From the IMG/VR virus record IMGVR_UViG_3300020045_008364, positions 1-27,300 of that record: a stretch of 27,300 nt of DNA, one strand, 5' to 3'. Below are positions 15,840 through 25,176 of the stretch, piece by piece; position 1 is the stretch's first letter, and every line of letters starts with the position of its first letter. Source of the DNA: a virus. Lineage: Duplodnaviria > Caudoviricetes. Below the pieces are notes generated by a model. That model was not told where the DNA came from. It saw only the letters and a program-made list of their open reading frames with translations, and searched no databases. Both the position numbers and the translations under genes were made by a program.

Positions 15840-17269
15840 TATTTAGCTATTTGCCAATAGATTATTGAAGAATCCGTTGCTGAGCTAGAATTTACAACAA
15901 ATGAAGTCCCTGCCGTTTTTGTTCCTACAGATAAAAATCCTTGTGTCCCTACTGGAGTTTTGCAGGTTAGTTGAATCTCAGAAGTTGATTGAACCGCTTT
16001 TGTGGGTATTGCAACCGTTCCGTTTACCAACGTTGCTGTTCCGGAAGTTGGGATTCCAGGAATTTCAACATGTATATTTTTAGACAGATTGCAAAGTCCA
16101 GATGTAACAAGTGTTGACGATACAAGGTTTGTATAGCTCCCGTAAATTGTATTGATACTTAAATTTGTGTTTACCAAATCACTAAACCCAGCCGCTACAG
16201 TAGTACAGTTATTTAGATACAAGTTTGAAATATCTACCTTAGTATTTTTTGCAAGACTTAAAGCAGTTGTTGCATCTGTCGTTAAACTAAATCCTGTTAA
16301 AGTGTAATTTCCTTGAAAAAATTGTACCCCCGTAGTTGTATTTCCGACGTAAGTTGAAAATGCGTTCGGAGTATTCAGATAATAGGATGAGTTAGGATTG
16401 TATACTATTCCTATTGAACCTCTTGTATTTAATTTATTTACAATTGAGCCACTTAGAATAATATTGTCAGAATTTACAGTAATACCTGGTTTTGACGCAT
16501 CAGAAAATAAAACCGCTGAGTTTTGAAATAATAAATTCCTTTCACAATCCTCAAAATGTATACTATTATAAAAATTGCAATTATAAAATGTTATACTATT
16601 TTTAGTTGCAAAATGAACTGTCCCAGTGCCGGGCTTAATGAAATTAATTTTTTCAAATGTTAAATTAGCCCCAGAAATGTTTGGATTATAATACCCTGAA
16701 AATAATTCATCAAATCCGCGAAAATCTAAGTCGGAACATGTAAATGTAACACCTAAACTGTATGCCTGAATAGCACTTTCACAAAGCGGGTTTGTTTGAA
16801 GTGTAGTTGCTGTATTTGAAACAACCGGTTCGAATACACCGTCAGGAAATATAATGTACTTACCAATTAATTCGTTAGGTATAAATGTTTCACCTGATAT
16901 TATGTAATTATAATAATCGGGATTTCCAGGGGTCAACATAAATGGATTTTTAAAAGGCGTTGCATTTCCGAGCACATAAATAGCAGCATTGTATCCAATT
17001 TTTAATCTACTTACCTCTTGCTTTACAGGCAGCCAATCAAATACGTAATTACCATCTGTAAACTTAACAGTGATGGGTGCATTAGGATACAACTCACTAT
17101 CAATAGATTGTAATCCTTTTAAAAATGAATAATAAGGTAAAGTATCAGAACCATTTCCAGTTGAATCATCGCCTGAAAGCGAAATATGAACTTCCCGTGA
17201 CTGTGTTTCCTGCGTATAAGTTACTAAACTTAAACACGCAATAATTAAACTAATAATTAAATTTTTCAT
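15839..17269 (-). CDS. Signal-peptide-bearing beta-helix tailspike/fibre-like protein (paralog B)
   Basis: More likely start MKNLIISLIIACL at 17269 than 17326; GDDSTGNGS..PY motif; C-terminal SGTATLVNGTV...GTSFVVNSSS..D...YWQI module resembling phage fibre ends. Confidence 0.65.
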   Translation of the reverse strand: MKNLIISLIIACLSLVTYTQETQSREVHISLSGDDSTGNGSDTLPYYSFLKGLQSIDSELYPNAPITVKFTDGNYVFDWLPVKQEVSRLKIGYNAAIYVLGNATPFKNPFMLTPGNPDYYNYIISGETFIPNELIGKYIIFPDGVFEPVVSNTATTLQTNPLCESAIQAYSLGVTFTCSDLDFRGFDELFSGYYNPNISGANLTFEKINFIKPGTGTVHFATKNSITFYNCNFYNSIHFEDCERNLLFQNSAVLFSDASKPGITVNSDNIILSGSIVNKLNTRGSIGIVYNPNSSYYLNTPNAFSTYVGNTTTGVQFFQGNYTLTGFSLTTDATTALSLAKNTKVDISNLYLNNCTTVAAGFSDLVNTNLSINTIYGSYTNLVSSTLVTSGLCNLSKNIHVEIPGIPTSGTATLVNGTVAIPTKAVQSTSEIQLTCKTPVGTQGFLSVGTKTAGTSFVVNSSSATDSSIIYWQIAK

Positions 17270-17279
17270 ATATTTTATT

Positions 17280-18998
17280 TTAAAGTGGAGTAATTGATTC
17301 TGTTGCTGATTGTAATTTGATATCATACACTATATAATGTGTCGTAGGAGTTATGGAAGGATTGCTATTTACATTCAGTGTAATCTTACCAGTTCCATTT
17401 GTTACCGACCATGTATCTGTAAATGTACCTGTACTTAATGAATTACTTTCAAGTGCTGCGTCCTCAATAACATTAGAGGTTATAGTAGCTACTTTTGAAA
17501 CAGCCGTAAAATTAACTGTTCCTGAATGTGATGTATAGTCTGTTCCATCCGTCGATATAATAGTATAACTTATTGTGCCTCCTGTATAACTGTTATTAGC
17601 TAGAGAAATATCGCATATATCAACAGCTGAACCTTTCGTTAATGTTTTACGGCTAAAATTTTTAGGGATACCCGGAACGCTTATATAAACATTTCTTTGA
17701 GGATTAATAAATCCACCTGCAAAAATAGTACCTGCATATAAGTTAGTTGGTGTCCCGTAAATATTATCAATTGTAATATTGAGATTTTTTGTTACATCAG
17801 TCCCATTTAATAGATTAGTACAGTTTTTAACGTATATATTATTTATGTATAAATCCGTATTACCTGTTATTGATATTGCTGTCGTAGCATCTGCTATTAA
17901 TCCGGATCCTGCTATGATATATTTTCCATTATTAATCAGTATCCCAGTCGTTGTATTTGAAATATATACATCAAAAACCCTTGCAGGGAATAAAGAATAA
18001 TTAAACACTGTATTGTTATTATATGCTAATCCAGTACTTCCGCGTGTTCCTGATTTAATAAGTGTACAGTAATTTAAAAAAATATTATTGCAATTTATGG
18101 ATACGACGGGACTTGAAGTCGACGAAGCAATAAAACTACATGACGCAAATCTACATATCCCACCGCCATCATCGAATGTAAATGAACCTCCTGTAAATGC
18201 ACAATTATAAAAATCTGTGTTGTTTTTTAATACAAAATAAACTTTACCAGAGGGTCTTACAAAATTAATTTTATCGAAAGTTATATTAGCTCCACCTATA
18301 GTTGGGTCGTATGAATCAGCAAATGAAAGGCTAGCGCCCCTAAAGCTTAAATCACTACAGGTAAACGTAACTCCTAAACTGTAGGCTTGCGTTGATGCAG
18401 CAGCCCCTATTGTTGTTTGAAGTGTGTTTGTGGTATTTGCCGCTATTGGAGCAAATGTACCGTCTATAAATCCAAGATACTTGCCTATCAATTCATTTGC
18501 TGTAAATGTAGTGCCTGTTATCGTATAATTGTAAGCATCAGGACTTCCGGCAGCTAATGTAAAAGGTGATCCAAAAGCATTTGCAGAGCCGTAGACGTAT
18601 ATAGCACTATTAAAACTAGCCTTAATACGATTTAGTTCCGGAAATAACTCTTGAAAACTAAACACATAATTTCCGTCAGCTGGTGATATAGCAATTGAAG
18701 AATTAGGATTTAATACATTTTTAACGTCTTGTAATGCTCTTAGTACAGTTGCGAAAGGCAATCCTACACTTCCATCGCCTGTTACGTCTGACCCGGTTGT
18801 CGCTATGTAAATAGTACGCGATACTGTTTCATCCAACTCTATACTATCGAGCCTACCAGTTACAAAATCAAATCCGTCATTCACCCTATCAACAAGAGTG
18901 TCCATATTTGCCCCGGAACCGGAACATGATAAATCTCTTACCTGCGAATAACTACAAATAGAGATTATTAATCCAATTGTTAAAAATATCTTTTTCAT
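17280..18998 (-). CDS. Signal-peptide-bearing beta-helix tailspike/fibre-like protein (paralog A)
   Basis: MKKIFLTIGLIISICSYSQ; IYIATTGSDVTGDGSVGLPFATV..AL motif typical of beta-helix protein N-termini; collinear similarity to paralog B. Confidence 0.7.
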   Translation of the reverse strand: MKKIFLTIGLIISICSYSQVRDLSCSGSGANMDTLVDRVNDGFDFVTGRLDSIELDETVSRTIYIATTGSDVTGDGSVGLPFATVLRALQDVKNVLNPNSSIAISPADGNYVFSFQELFPELNRIKASFNSAIYVYGSANAFGSPFTLAAGSPDAYNYTITGTTFTANELIGKYLGFIDGTFAPIAANTTNTLQTTIGAAASTQAYSLGVTFTCSDLSFRGASLSFADSYDPTIGGANITFDKINFVRPSGKVYFVLKNNTDFYNCAFTGGSFTFDDGGGICRFASCSFIASSTSSPVVSINCNNIFLNYCTLIKSGTRGSTGLAYNNNTVFNYSLFPARVFDVYISNTTTGILINNGKYIIAGSGLIADATTAISITGNTDLYINNIYVKNCTNLLNGTDVTKNLNITIDNIYGTPTNLYAGTIFAGGFINPQRNVYISVPGIPKNFSRKTLTKGSAVDICDISLANNSYTGGTISYTIISTDGTDYTSHSGTVNFTAVSKVATITSNVIEDAALESNSLSTGTFTDTWSVTNGTGKITLNVNSNPSITPTTHYIVYDIKLQSATESITPL

Positions 18999-19231
18999 GC
19001 TTCAAGTATTTCTTCGTGTTTATAATATTTTTCTTCTAATTCTGCGATTATTGTGCAACTGTATGTTGTTGCACAGTTGTAAGTTGTGTTACAATCATAA
19101 GTAGTTATTACCTGATTTGTATCAGCCGGTATAATTACCACCCTATGCATAAAATAAATAGGTAACATGCCGTTTTGGGCTGATAAATCGAGCCCTACAC
19201 AAACTAAAATTATGATGAGTATTTTTTTCAT
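18995..19231 (-). CDS. Small exported protein with three TTYxC repeats
   Basis: Signal peptide ending LSA-Q; TTYDCNTTYNCATTYSC. Confidence 0.65.
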   Translation of the reverse strand: MKKILIIILVCVGLDLSAQNGMLPIYFMHRVVIIPADTNQVITTYDCNTTYNCATTYSCTIIAELEEKYYKHEEILEA

Positions 19232-19461
19232 GGTCGAAAAGTATAGATTGTTTGAAATTCATCTCGCAAAATTAAGCTATCACCGACAAAAAATAATTGT
19301 TTGTCAGGATTTTTAATCTTGGTTTCATGTCCCCAATAGTCTTTTAAATATACAGTTTTTTCAGTACACCAAGTTACAGTGTAAATAAAGCGATTTGTTA
19401 CCGACTGCTGAACCGAGCAGGAAACAAATAAGAAGGTTAATAATATTAGTAGTGTTCTCAT
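19228..19461 (-). CDS. Small putative lipoprotein
   Basis: MRTLLILLTFLFVSC lipobox-like N-terminus. Confidence 0.6.
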   Translation of the reverse strand: MRTLLILLTFLFVSCSVQQSVTNRFIYTVTWCTEKTVYLKDYWGHETKIKNPDKQLFFVGDSLILRDEFQTIYTFRP

Positions 19462-20636
19462 GGTACTAAATAAATAGGGGTTATTACAGCAGAAAAATAT
19501 TTAATAGTCGGGTCGTCATTATCGGTAGTGTTTCGAATCCTAAAAGAAATCCAATCGTCACCGTCACAATAAAATGTTGTTGGAGCCGAGCCATTACCTA
19601 CGTCTGATGAGCTTGTATATCGTTGCTGTCTAGGTATTTCGATAACTCCATTTTTAAACGTAGCAAATTCCCAAACTTCATTGTTTAAACCCGACATTGT
19701 AATAGTATAATCTACAGCGTAATATCCTATAGTTGTTACATGCACCGAGTCACCTGCTACAGTTAAACCTTCTGAATATTTTGATGTGAATCCGGTTATC
19801 TTATACCAAATGTTTTGCGTCGCTGAAATAGTTAAATCAGTTGCTCTATAGATATGATTGAAAGGCATTTTTCCGTATTGGTATCCATTTGTACCGGTTG
19901 CGAAAACTCTTGTCGCGTCTGTATATTGATTAATTGTTCCGTCACTTCTTAAAGCCAGGGAGTCGTTATTTGAGCCAATTTTTATTTTTGCTGTCATTGG
20001 CATATCACCACTCTCCCAACTGTATATCGTATCTATTGTCGTTCCGGCTATAGTTAAACTATCCAATTCAGCATGTGGAGCAATAAGACCACCGGCTGTA
20101 ATTGATGTCGAATAACCACTTTGTATAAATTCTAAATAATTATGATTTATTACGGAGCTATCAATTCCATTTCTAAAAATTAAAAATGGCGTAGTGCTTC
20201 CCCCGCTGCCCAGAGCGTTTATAGTATACATTCCTGGAAAGTAGTCTGAACCGTCAAATCTACGAATTGAAAATGAACTCATGTAAATTTTAGCAGTTTC
20301 TGCTTTAATAGAATCGTTAATAGTTATCATTCGCCAGGTAGAATCTATCCGGGTCAACGGAATTGATGTACCCCATGTGCTGGAACCTGAATAATTAGCT
20401 AATCCAGCGGTAGTTGGCCATGTCAAAGAACCTCCTCCAGATGTCTTAGATAGATTTATAAATGTTAGCCCGGTATCAAACCACAACGAATCGTTATACA
20501 TGAATACGCGTCCAGTTTTTATTGATGGAAATGAACTTAATTCTTTGTAAGTAACGCTTTCTAGAGTTGGATTAAGATTTTGCCCAATTCCATAAATACT
20601 TAATAAAAGCATTGATATAACTAAGATATTTTTCAT
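19458..20636 (-). CDS. Signal-peptide-bearing fibre-like protein with C-terminal C1q/BclA-like beta-sandwich
   Basis: MKNILVISMLLLSIYGIGQ; Ser/Thr/Gly-rich; C-terminal GYYAVDY...FKNG...GDDWISFRIRN pattern. Confidence 0.6.
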   Translation of the reverse strand: MKNILVISMLLLSIYGIGQNLNPTLESVTYKELSSFPSIKTGRVFMYNDSLWFDTGLTFINLSKTSGGGSLTWPTTAGLANYSGSSTWGTSIPLTRIDSTWRMITINDSIKAETAKIYMSSFSIRRFDGSDYFPGMYTINALGSGGSTTPFLIFRNGIDSSVINHNYLEFIQSGYSTSITAGGLIAPHAELDSLTIAGTTIDTIYSWESGDMPMTAKIKIGSNNDSLALRSDGTINQYTDATRVFATGTNGYQYGKMPFNHIYRATDLTISATQNIWYKITGFTSKYSEGLTVAGDSVHVTTIGYYAVDYTITMSGLNNEVWEFATFKNGVIEIPRQQRYTSSSDVGNGSAPTTFYCDGDDWISFRIRNTTDNDDPTIKYFSAVITPIYLVP

Positions 20637-20638
20637 GT

Positions 20639-20968
20639 TTAAACCTCCACTATTGTTAAGTAAGCAAAATTTCCACTGCCTAAAGATGTTATTGTAAATC
20701 CATTTTCATCAAAATCGGTTACTTCAATACCTATTCCCTGGTAATCTATAACAAGTGGTTGAAGTGAAAGAAATGCTGATGAATATGTGATTACTTGACC
20801 TACTGTTCCGTTGCATGTCTCGCTCATTTTAGAGCGCAAAACATTTTTATATAAATTACTGTTTGCAATTCTGTAATCGATCCCTGATTTAACAATATAC
20901 TGATATCCGTTTGTTGGATCTGTTGTTTCAGGAATTGAAGCATCCATTATGTTTACTTGGTCTGCCAT
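20639..20968 (-). CDS. Small tail-associated protein
   Basis: Follows the spike gene; ITYSSAF...NGFTI resembles fibre-tip beta modules. Confidence 0.5.
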   Translation of the reverse strand: MADQVNIMDASIPETTDPTNGYQYIVKSGIDYRIANSNLYKNVLRSKMSETCNGTVGQVITYSSAFLSLQPLVIDYQGIGIEVTDFDENGFTITSLGSGNFAYLTIVEV

Positions 20969-20972
20969 TTTT

Positions 20973-21503
20973 TTATGTTGTTAATAAGTTGTTTATTTTC
21001 GAATTTGTAATGTCTGCTGTTGATTCAATAGCTGGTATTATATCAGGTATTGGAGTTGGAATTGAAGGAGCCCCAGGAGCAGCAGTCGCGTGAACGTGTT
21101 GGTTAAAAGCAGTTACCAAATCATTGAATTTGTCATTTAGTTCATCAAATTGAGCTTTTAATACCGAATATCTGACAAGGTTATCAGTATTTCCTCCCAG
21201 TTCTAAATTACCAGTATTTTTAAGGTGTAAACTAAAAACTTCGTCTCCTGCTGAATTTACTGAATAAAGCCTCATTTCTCCTTCTGCTGTTAAAACATTA
21301 TCATAAATAATTCCTAATAATACTTTTTCACCTTTTACCCCTGTATCTGAATAAATACCCCTATAGTTTTTAAAAACGCGAGAATCAATTCCAAACGGTG
21401 TCACATTAAAAACAGTCTTAATATCACTGTCTCCAAGTCCCAAAATTTTAACAATTAAGCGGCCTTTTTCTATAGCTGATGATATGATTTTCGATAGTAT
21501 CAT
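20973..21503 (-). CDS. Baseplate central spike (Mu gp45/P2 gpV-like)
   Basis: PFGIDS, GEMRLYS and the C-terminal HVH (HxH) apex motif; follows the hub gene. Confidence 0.75.
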   Translation of the reverse strand: MILSKIISSAIEKGRLIVKILGLGDSDIKTVFNVTPFGIDSRVFKNYRGIYSDTGVKGEKVLLGIIYDNVLTAEGEMRLYSVNSAGDEVFSLHLKNTGNLELGGNTDNLVRYSVLKAQFDELNDKFNDLVTAFNQHVHATAAPGAPSIPTPIPDIIPAIESTADITNSKINNLLTT

Positions 21504-22540
21504 TCAAATATATTTTTAGGTTCATTCGTATTATAGCACTCAGGAAGTACGCAACTTATTGTTGCTGATGTGCCTTCATGGTTTCCTGAATAATCTACTT
21601 TTTCAACAAACCATTTTGTTCTATTGTTAATAAAATTTGACGGACTTAGTACTTCAATAATTTGATTTGGTTTAATGATAGTTTCTTTTTTTCCGTCCGA
21701 CCATTTCCACCTATCAGTCTGAATTGTAAGAGTGATATTCCGAAGTTCTGAGGCGCGTATCATTTGAACGGTCGGATCAGTGTCGTTATTGTCGCCACTT
21801 GTTTGTTTGTTAACAGAAGGTCGGTACTTTGTGATAAATGAATTTGAAATTGTTTTCACCCCTGGGGTATCGATTTCAATTGTTGCTTGTTTCTGAACTG
21901 TAATTTCAGAGTGCATTCCCTGTCCATTTACCGACAGGCTTATCGAAGTTGACGGCATCCCTTCGTAATAATAAGCCACAGGCGGGTTGATTATATTTAC
22001 CGACGTGAATATAATATCGCCGGTTGAATTGTGCGTCACGACTATATTTCTTTGAATTGCCAGTTCCGTAACGTAGTCTTTTATTTTTTGGTCCGGTTCC
22101 GCTGTTGATTTTTCGTATTTTTTGTTCGCTTTAACGAAAACTGAAGAATCAACTATAAGTTTTAACCCGAATGGTTTTATTAGTTTTTCGGTGATTTCTT
22201 TTAATGTCAATTTATCTGTCTGTAAAGGGTACAAGCTCAAGGGAATTTCGCAATCTTCAAGTACTCCTGCTTTCGAATATCCTGATATACCCCCTAATGT
22301 CTGTTGATTTTCAACGGATGTGGATGTACTTAAAGCGGTTCCTGTTAGTAATATTTCATCACCGAAAAGCACTTGGACATCATGAAAAGACAATGGTCTG
22401 AATAACTCTTTTTGTTCATCCGTCAAGATAAGTCCTGAAAACGAAAAAGTAGAGGCCATTGAATTGTATTCTAAACTCAATTGAAATTCGTTGAAAAAGT
22501 CAAATTTCTTACCTGATATTTTCAGACTTAGTTCAGACAT
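21500..22540 (-). CDS. Baseplate hub (Mu gp44-like)
   Basis: 346 aa; FSF, ILLTG, GYSKAGVLEDC, LIKPFGL motifs; gene position. Confidence 0.75.
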   Translation of the reverse strand: MSELSLKISGKKFDFFNEFQLSLEYNSMASTFSFSGLILTDEQKELFRPLSFHDVQVLFGDEILLTGTALSTSTSVENQQTLGGISGYSKAGVLEDCEIPLSLYPLQTDKLTLKEITEKLIKPFGLKLIVDSSVFVKANKKYEKSTAEPDQKIKDYVTELAIQRNIVVTHNSTGDIIFTSVNIINPPVAYYYEGMPSTSISLSVNGQGMHSEITVQKQATIEIDTPGVKTISNSFITKYRPSVNKQTSGDNNDTDPTVQMIRASELRNITLTIQTDRWKWSDGKKETIIKPNQIIEVLSPSNFINNRTKWFVEKVDYSGNHEGTSATISCVLPECYNTNEPKNIFE

Positions 22541-23738
22541 AGTATATTATTTTTCTGCCTTTCCTGATATTTAATAACTCGTTCAATCCTATATTATTAG
22601 TCTTTATGAACTTATTCAAATTTACATCTTTTTTATCAAGTCCGTAAAACTTATGTGTTAATAAAATTGGATTACTATCTTTATCAAGCGTATACTCCCT
22701 TTCTTGTTTTGCTGAAAAAGCAATATCATATAGGTTTGACATCGTTAAACCTGCCAATTTATTTAATTCATTAAGGCCGTCAAATGATGGTATGTATGAA
22801 TCATCAGAATCTGCCCTATCTGTTTGTAATGAATCTAAATAAGTGACATACTCGTTATATACTTCTGATAACCTATCTTGCTGATTGAATACCAGCACGC
22901 GGGTATCGTAATCATCTGTAATATTTGTCGAAGATGCAACATACATGGCAGCAACCAAACCCCCTGCGACCGCTTCAAATTGGTTTTTATTGCCTGTAAA
23001 CGTATCGATAATTGTATTAAACGCTTCTTTTAAGGCTATGAATCTTGCTTCTATTGTTTGTTCAATCGTTGCCGGGTAATTGATTATAGACTGAATTGCC
23101 CTCAAAATAGTTAACCCGGATGATGTCACATTTGTTATTTCAATTACTGCATCCGATACAGCTGTTTTAAATTCTTTCAGCTCCTCGCCTGTCTTTATTA
23201 TTTTCGAAAGATAAGTATCAAGTGTTTGCACGTCATTTTGTAAAGAAACTTTTTCCAGTTCTTTTGAATTATTAAAAGCATTTGCCTGGGCCTCGTTTGT
23301 TATCACTAATTGACTTTCAATTTCATCAACAAAAACAACGGAAGTCTTAGGGTATGCATCTGTTATAGTCTCTATTACGGTTATGCTGAATTTTGATACA
23401 TTAAGTCCTGAATTATCCTGCTTTAAATTTAGCGGTTGACATTTAAAATCACCATAAAATGGGTGTTTTATTGTCCATATCCTTGAATCCCTAGCTGATT
23501 GTTCGAATGAGTTTCCGATTGTCACGGCGTTTTCACCGTCAAAATATAGTTCTAATTCAAATTTTCTACCTTTTGGTTTCTGCCTTAAAACCAGTGAGCC
23601 CTCAACATTTACAAACTCGAAAACAGAGGCATTATATTCCACTTCTTTTGAAGCGTTTTTCCACTTCGGTTCCCACGACTTCCCGTCTCCGGTTGTAATC
23701 GTTAAGGTAATATTTTCTATGTCATCTATCCAGCTCAT
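22533..23738 (-). CDS. Mu gp43/DNA-circularization-like tail protein
   Basis: GRKF.L...F.G and HPFYG N-terminal motifs; C-terminal LysM-like segment (FYG...FIKTN); precedes the hub. Confidence 0.7.
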   Translation of the reverse strand: MSWIDDIENITLTITTGDGKSWEPKWKNASKEVEYNASVFEFVNVEGSLVLRQKPKGRKFELELYFDGENAVTIGNSFEQSARDSRIWTIKHPFYGDFKCQPLNLKQDNSGLNVSKFSITVIETITDAYPKTSVVFVDEIESQLVITNEAQANAFNNSKELEKVSLQNDVQTLDTYLSKIIKTGEELKEFKTAVSDAVIEITNVTSSGLTILRAIQSIINYPATIEQTIEARFIALKEAFNTIIDTFTGNKNQFEAVAGGLVAAMYVASSTNITDDYDTRVLVFNQQDRLSEVYNEYVTYLDSLQTDRADSDDSYIPSFDGLNELNKLAGLTMSNLYDIAFSAKQEREYTLDKDSNPILLTHKFYGLDKKDVNLNKFIKTNNIGLNELLNIRKGRKIIYYV

Positions 23739-24457
23739 TTTAATGCTTTTTCAAATCGTTTCTTCGCGTTCTTAACATAAAATCCGGTTTGTTTTTTGAA
23801 AGTGTATTCGGAAGCCGGTCTAACAAATGGACTGGCTTCAAAATTAACACTTCTGTTTTTTTCATAATCAGCGATTGGTGTGGCATCAACTTTTACGCCT
23901 CTGTTTTTTCCGGTTCCTGAGAAATTTACAGATTTAATATCAAATAAAGTCTTTTTATTCCACAACAAGTATTTATTTTCCCTAAAAGCTACAATAGACT
24001 GAGCTACAAAATTAGATTTTCTTGTACGTCCAGAACTTGGCTTTCCTTTTACAATTCCTTTGGTTCCAATATAATTCTGCTTTCTTACCCGTTTTGACTT
24101 GCTTCCTCCCGTACGCGCCTGATTCATGTAAATCATAGACCTTTTTGGAATTGTCCCCCCGAATTCCTGCTTAGTTAATTGCCTGGCTGCTGTACTTTCT
24201 TTCGGTGTTATACCTACTTGTGATTGCATTTTGTTAATATCCCAGCCATTGGCCTTATCTACCCCTGAATATCTTTTGAAAAAAGCCGGGTTTCTAAGTA
24301 TGAATTCTTTGTCAGCAAATTTTAATAATGTATTTTTCTTAACATCAAAAGCCATGTCATTCAAAGTCTGCCTTATCACAATAGGTAAGTTTGACCTGTG
24401 CATGTTCCTTAATTGTTCAGTGAACCTTTTGACTTCTGTGTTATCTATATATAGCAT
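23735..24457 (-). CDS. Basic phage morphogenesis protein (tail completion-like)
   Basis: RQTLNDMAF...PFVRPA; K/R-rich; inside the tail module. Confidence 0.5.
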   Translation of the reverse strand: MLYIDNTEVKRFTEQLRNMHRSNLPIVIRQTLNDMAFDVKKNTLLKFADKEFILRNPAFFKRYSGVDKANGWDINKMQSQVGITPKESTAARQLTKQEFGGTIPKRSMIYMNQARTGGSKSKRVRKQNYIGTKGIVKGKPSSGRTRKSNFVAQSIVAFRENKYLLWNKKTLFDIKSVNFSGTGKNRGVKVDATPIADYEKNRSVNFEASPFVRPASEYTFKKQTGFYVKNAKKRFEKALK

Positions 24458-25176
24458 CAGTTTACAAGTATTAGTTGCCGTCCGTCCATCGTTCCAATAT
24501 TATTGCCATTCATATATACAAGCTCACGCGCGCTCGTGTACGTGAGGGTTAATATAGCTACCGTATTCACAGGTTTAAGCATCAAAACCAACTGTCTGAA
24601 TGCCTTAATTGAATTAATAGGAATACTACCTGTAATGTAAAACACACCTAAATACGTATCGATTGCAAATATCTCCCCTATGTCCACTGAATTGGCTATC
24701 AGATCGCCCGCAATAGCTTTTCCGTGCTTGGTTGTTAATCCATGTTTTGTTCCTAAGCTATGAACTACCGCTGTGGTTGCTCCGACTTCCGTAAAGTTTT
24801 CCGTGACTGTCACATCATAACCAGCTAACTGTAGTTGAGCCTCCAAATACCTATAATTTTGACGGTTCAAAAAACCCCCAGGGAACTGCATTTTTCTTAA
24901 TATCGTAGACTTTCTGTTTTCTAAAGGCACATATCCCGTACCTCCTGAAATATTCAATCTACGTTCCCACTCACTCGCATCATCTTCCGTAAAGTTTTCA
25001 TTATCTGGAATAAGCCTATCTAGAGTAGATAAACCAAATTGCAGTGCCCTTTGTTCTGATTTTCCGAGCGCATAAAGCATCTTATAAAATACCCCGCCGT
25101 ATGGTAACTTCCACGCGCGACCGGTTGGTAATAATTGCTTTGTCAGCTTTAGTATGTCGTTAAAAGTTATTGTCAT
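24457..25176 (-). CDS. Baseplate wedge protein (Mu gp48/YmfQ-like)
   Basis: QLLPTGRAW, EWERRL and LKPVNT motifs; directly after baseplate J. Confidence 0.8.
   Translation of the reverse strand: MTITFNDILKLTKQLLPTGRAWKLPYGGVFYKMLYALGKSEQRALQFGLSTLDRLIPDNENFTEDDASEWERRLNISGGTGYVPLENRKSTILRKMQFPGGFLNRQNYRYLEAQLQLAGYDVTVTENFTEVGATTAVVHSLGTKHGLTTKHGKAIAGDLIANSVDIGEIFAIDTYLGVFYITGSIPINSIKAFRQLVLMLKPVNTVAILTLTYTSARELVYMNGNNIGTMDGRQLILVN

Noticed and set aside
17270-17326. Longer start for paralog B at 17326, and shadow ORFs 7780..7965 and 15018..15224
   Set aside because: The extension overlaps the upstream gene and precedes an obvious signal-peptide start at 17269; the other two are nested out of frame inside larger genes.
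15839-20968. Diversity-generating retroelement targeting the fibre-like genes
   Set aside because: No reverse transcriptase and no near-identical repeat pair differing only at adenines were seen; the paralogs differ at all base types.
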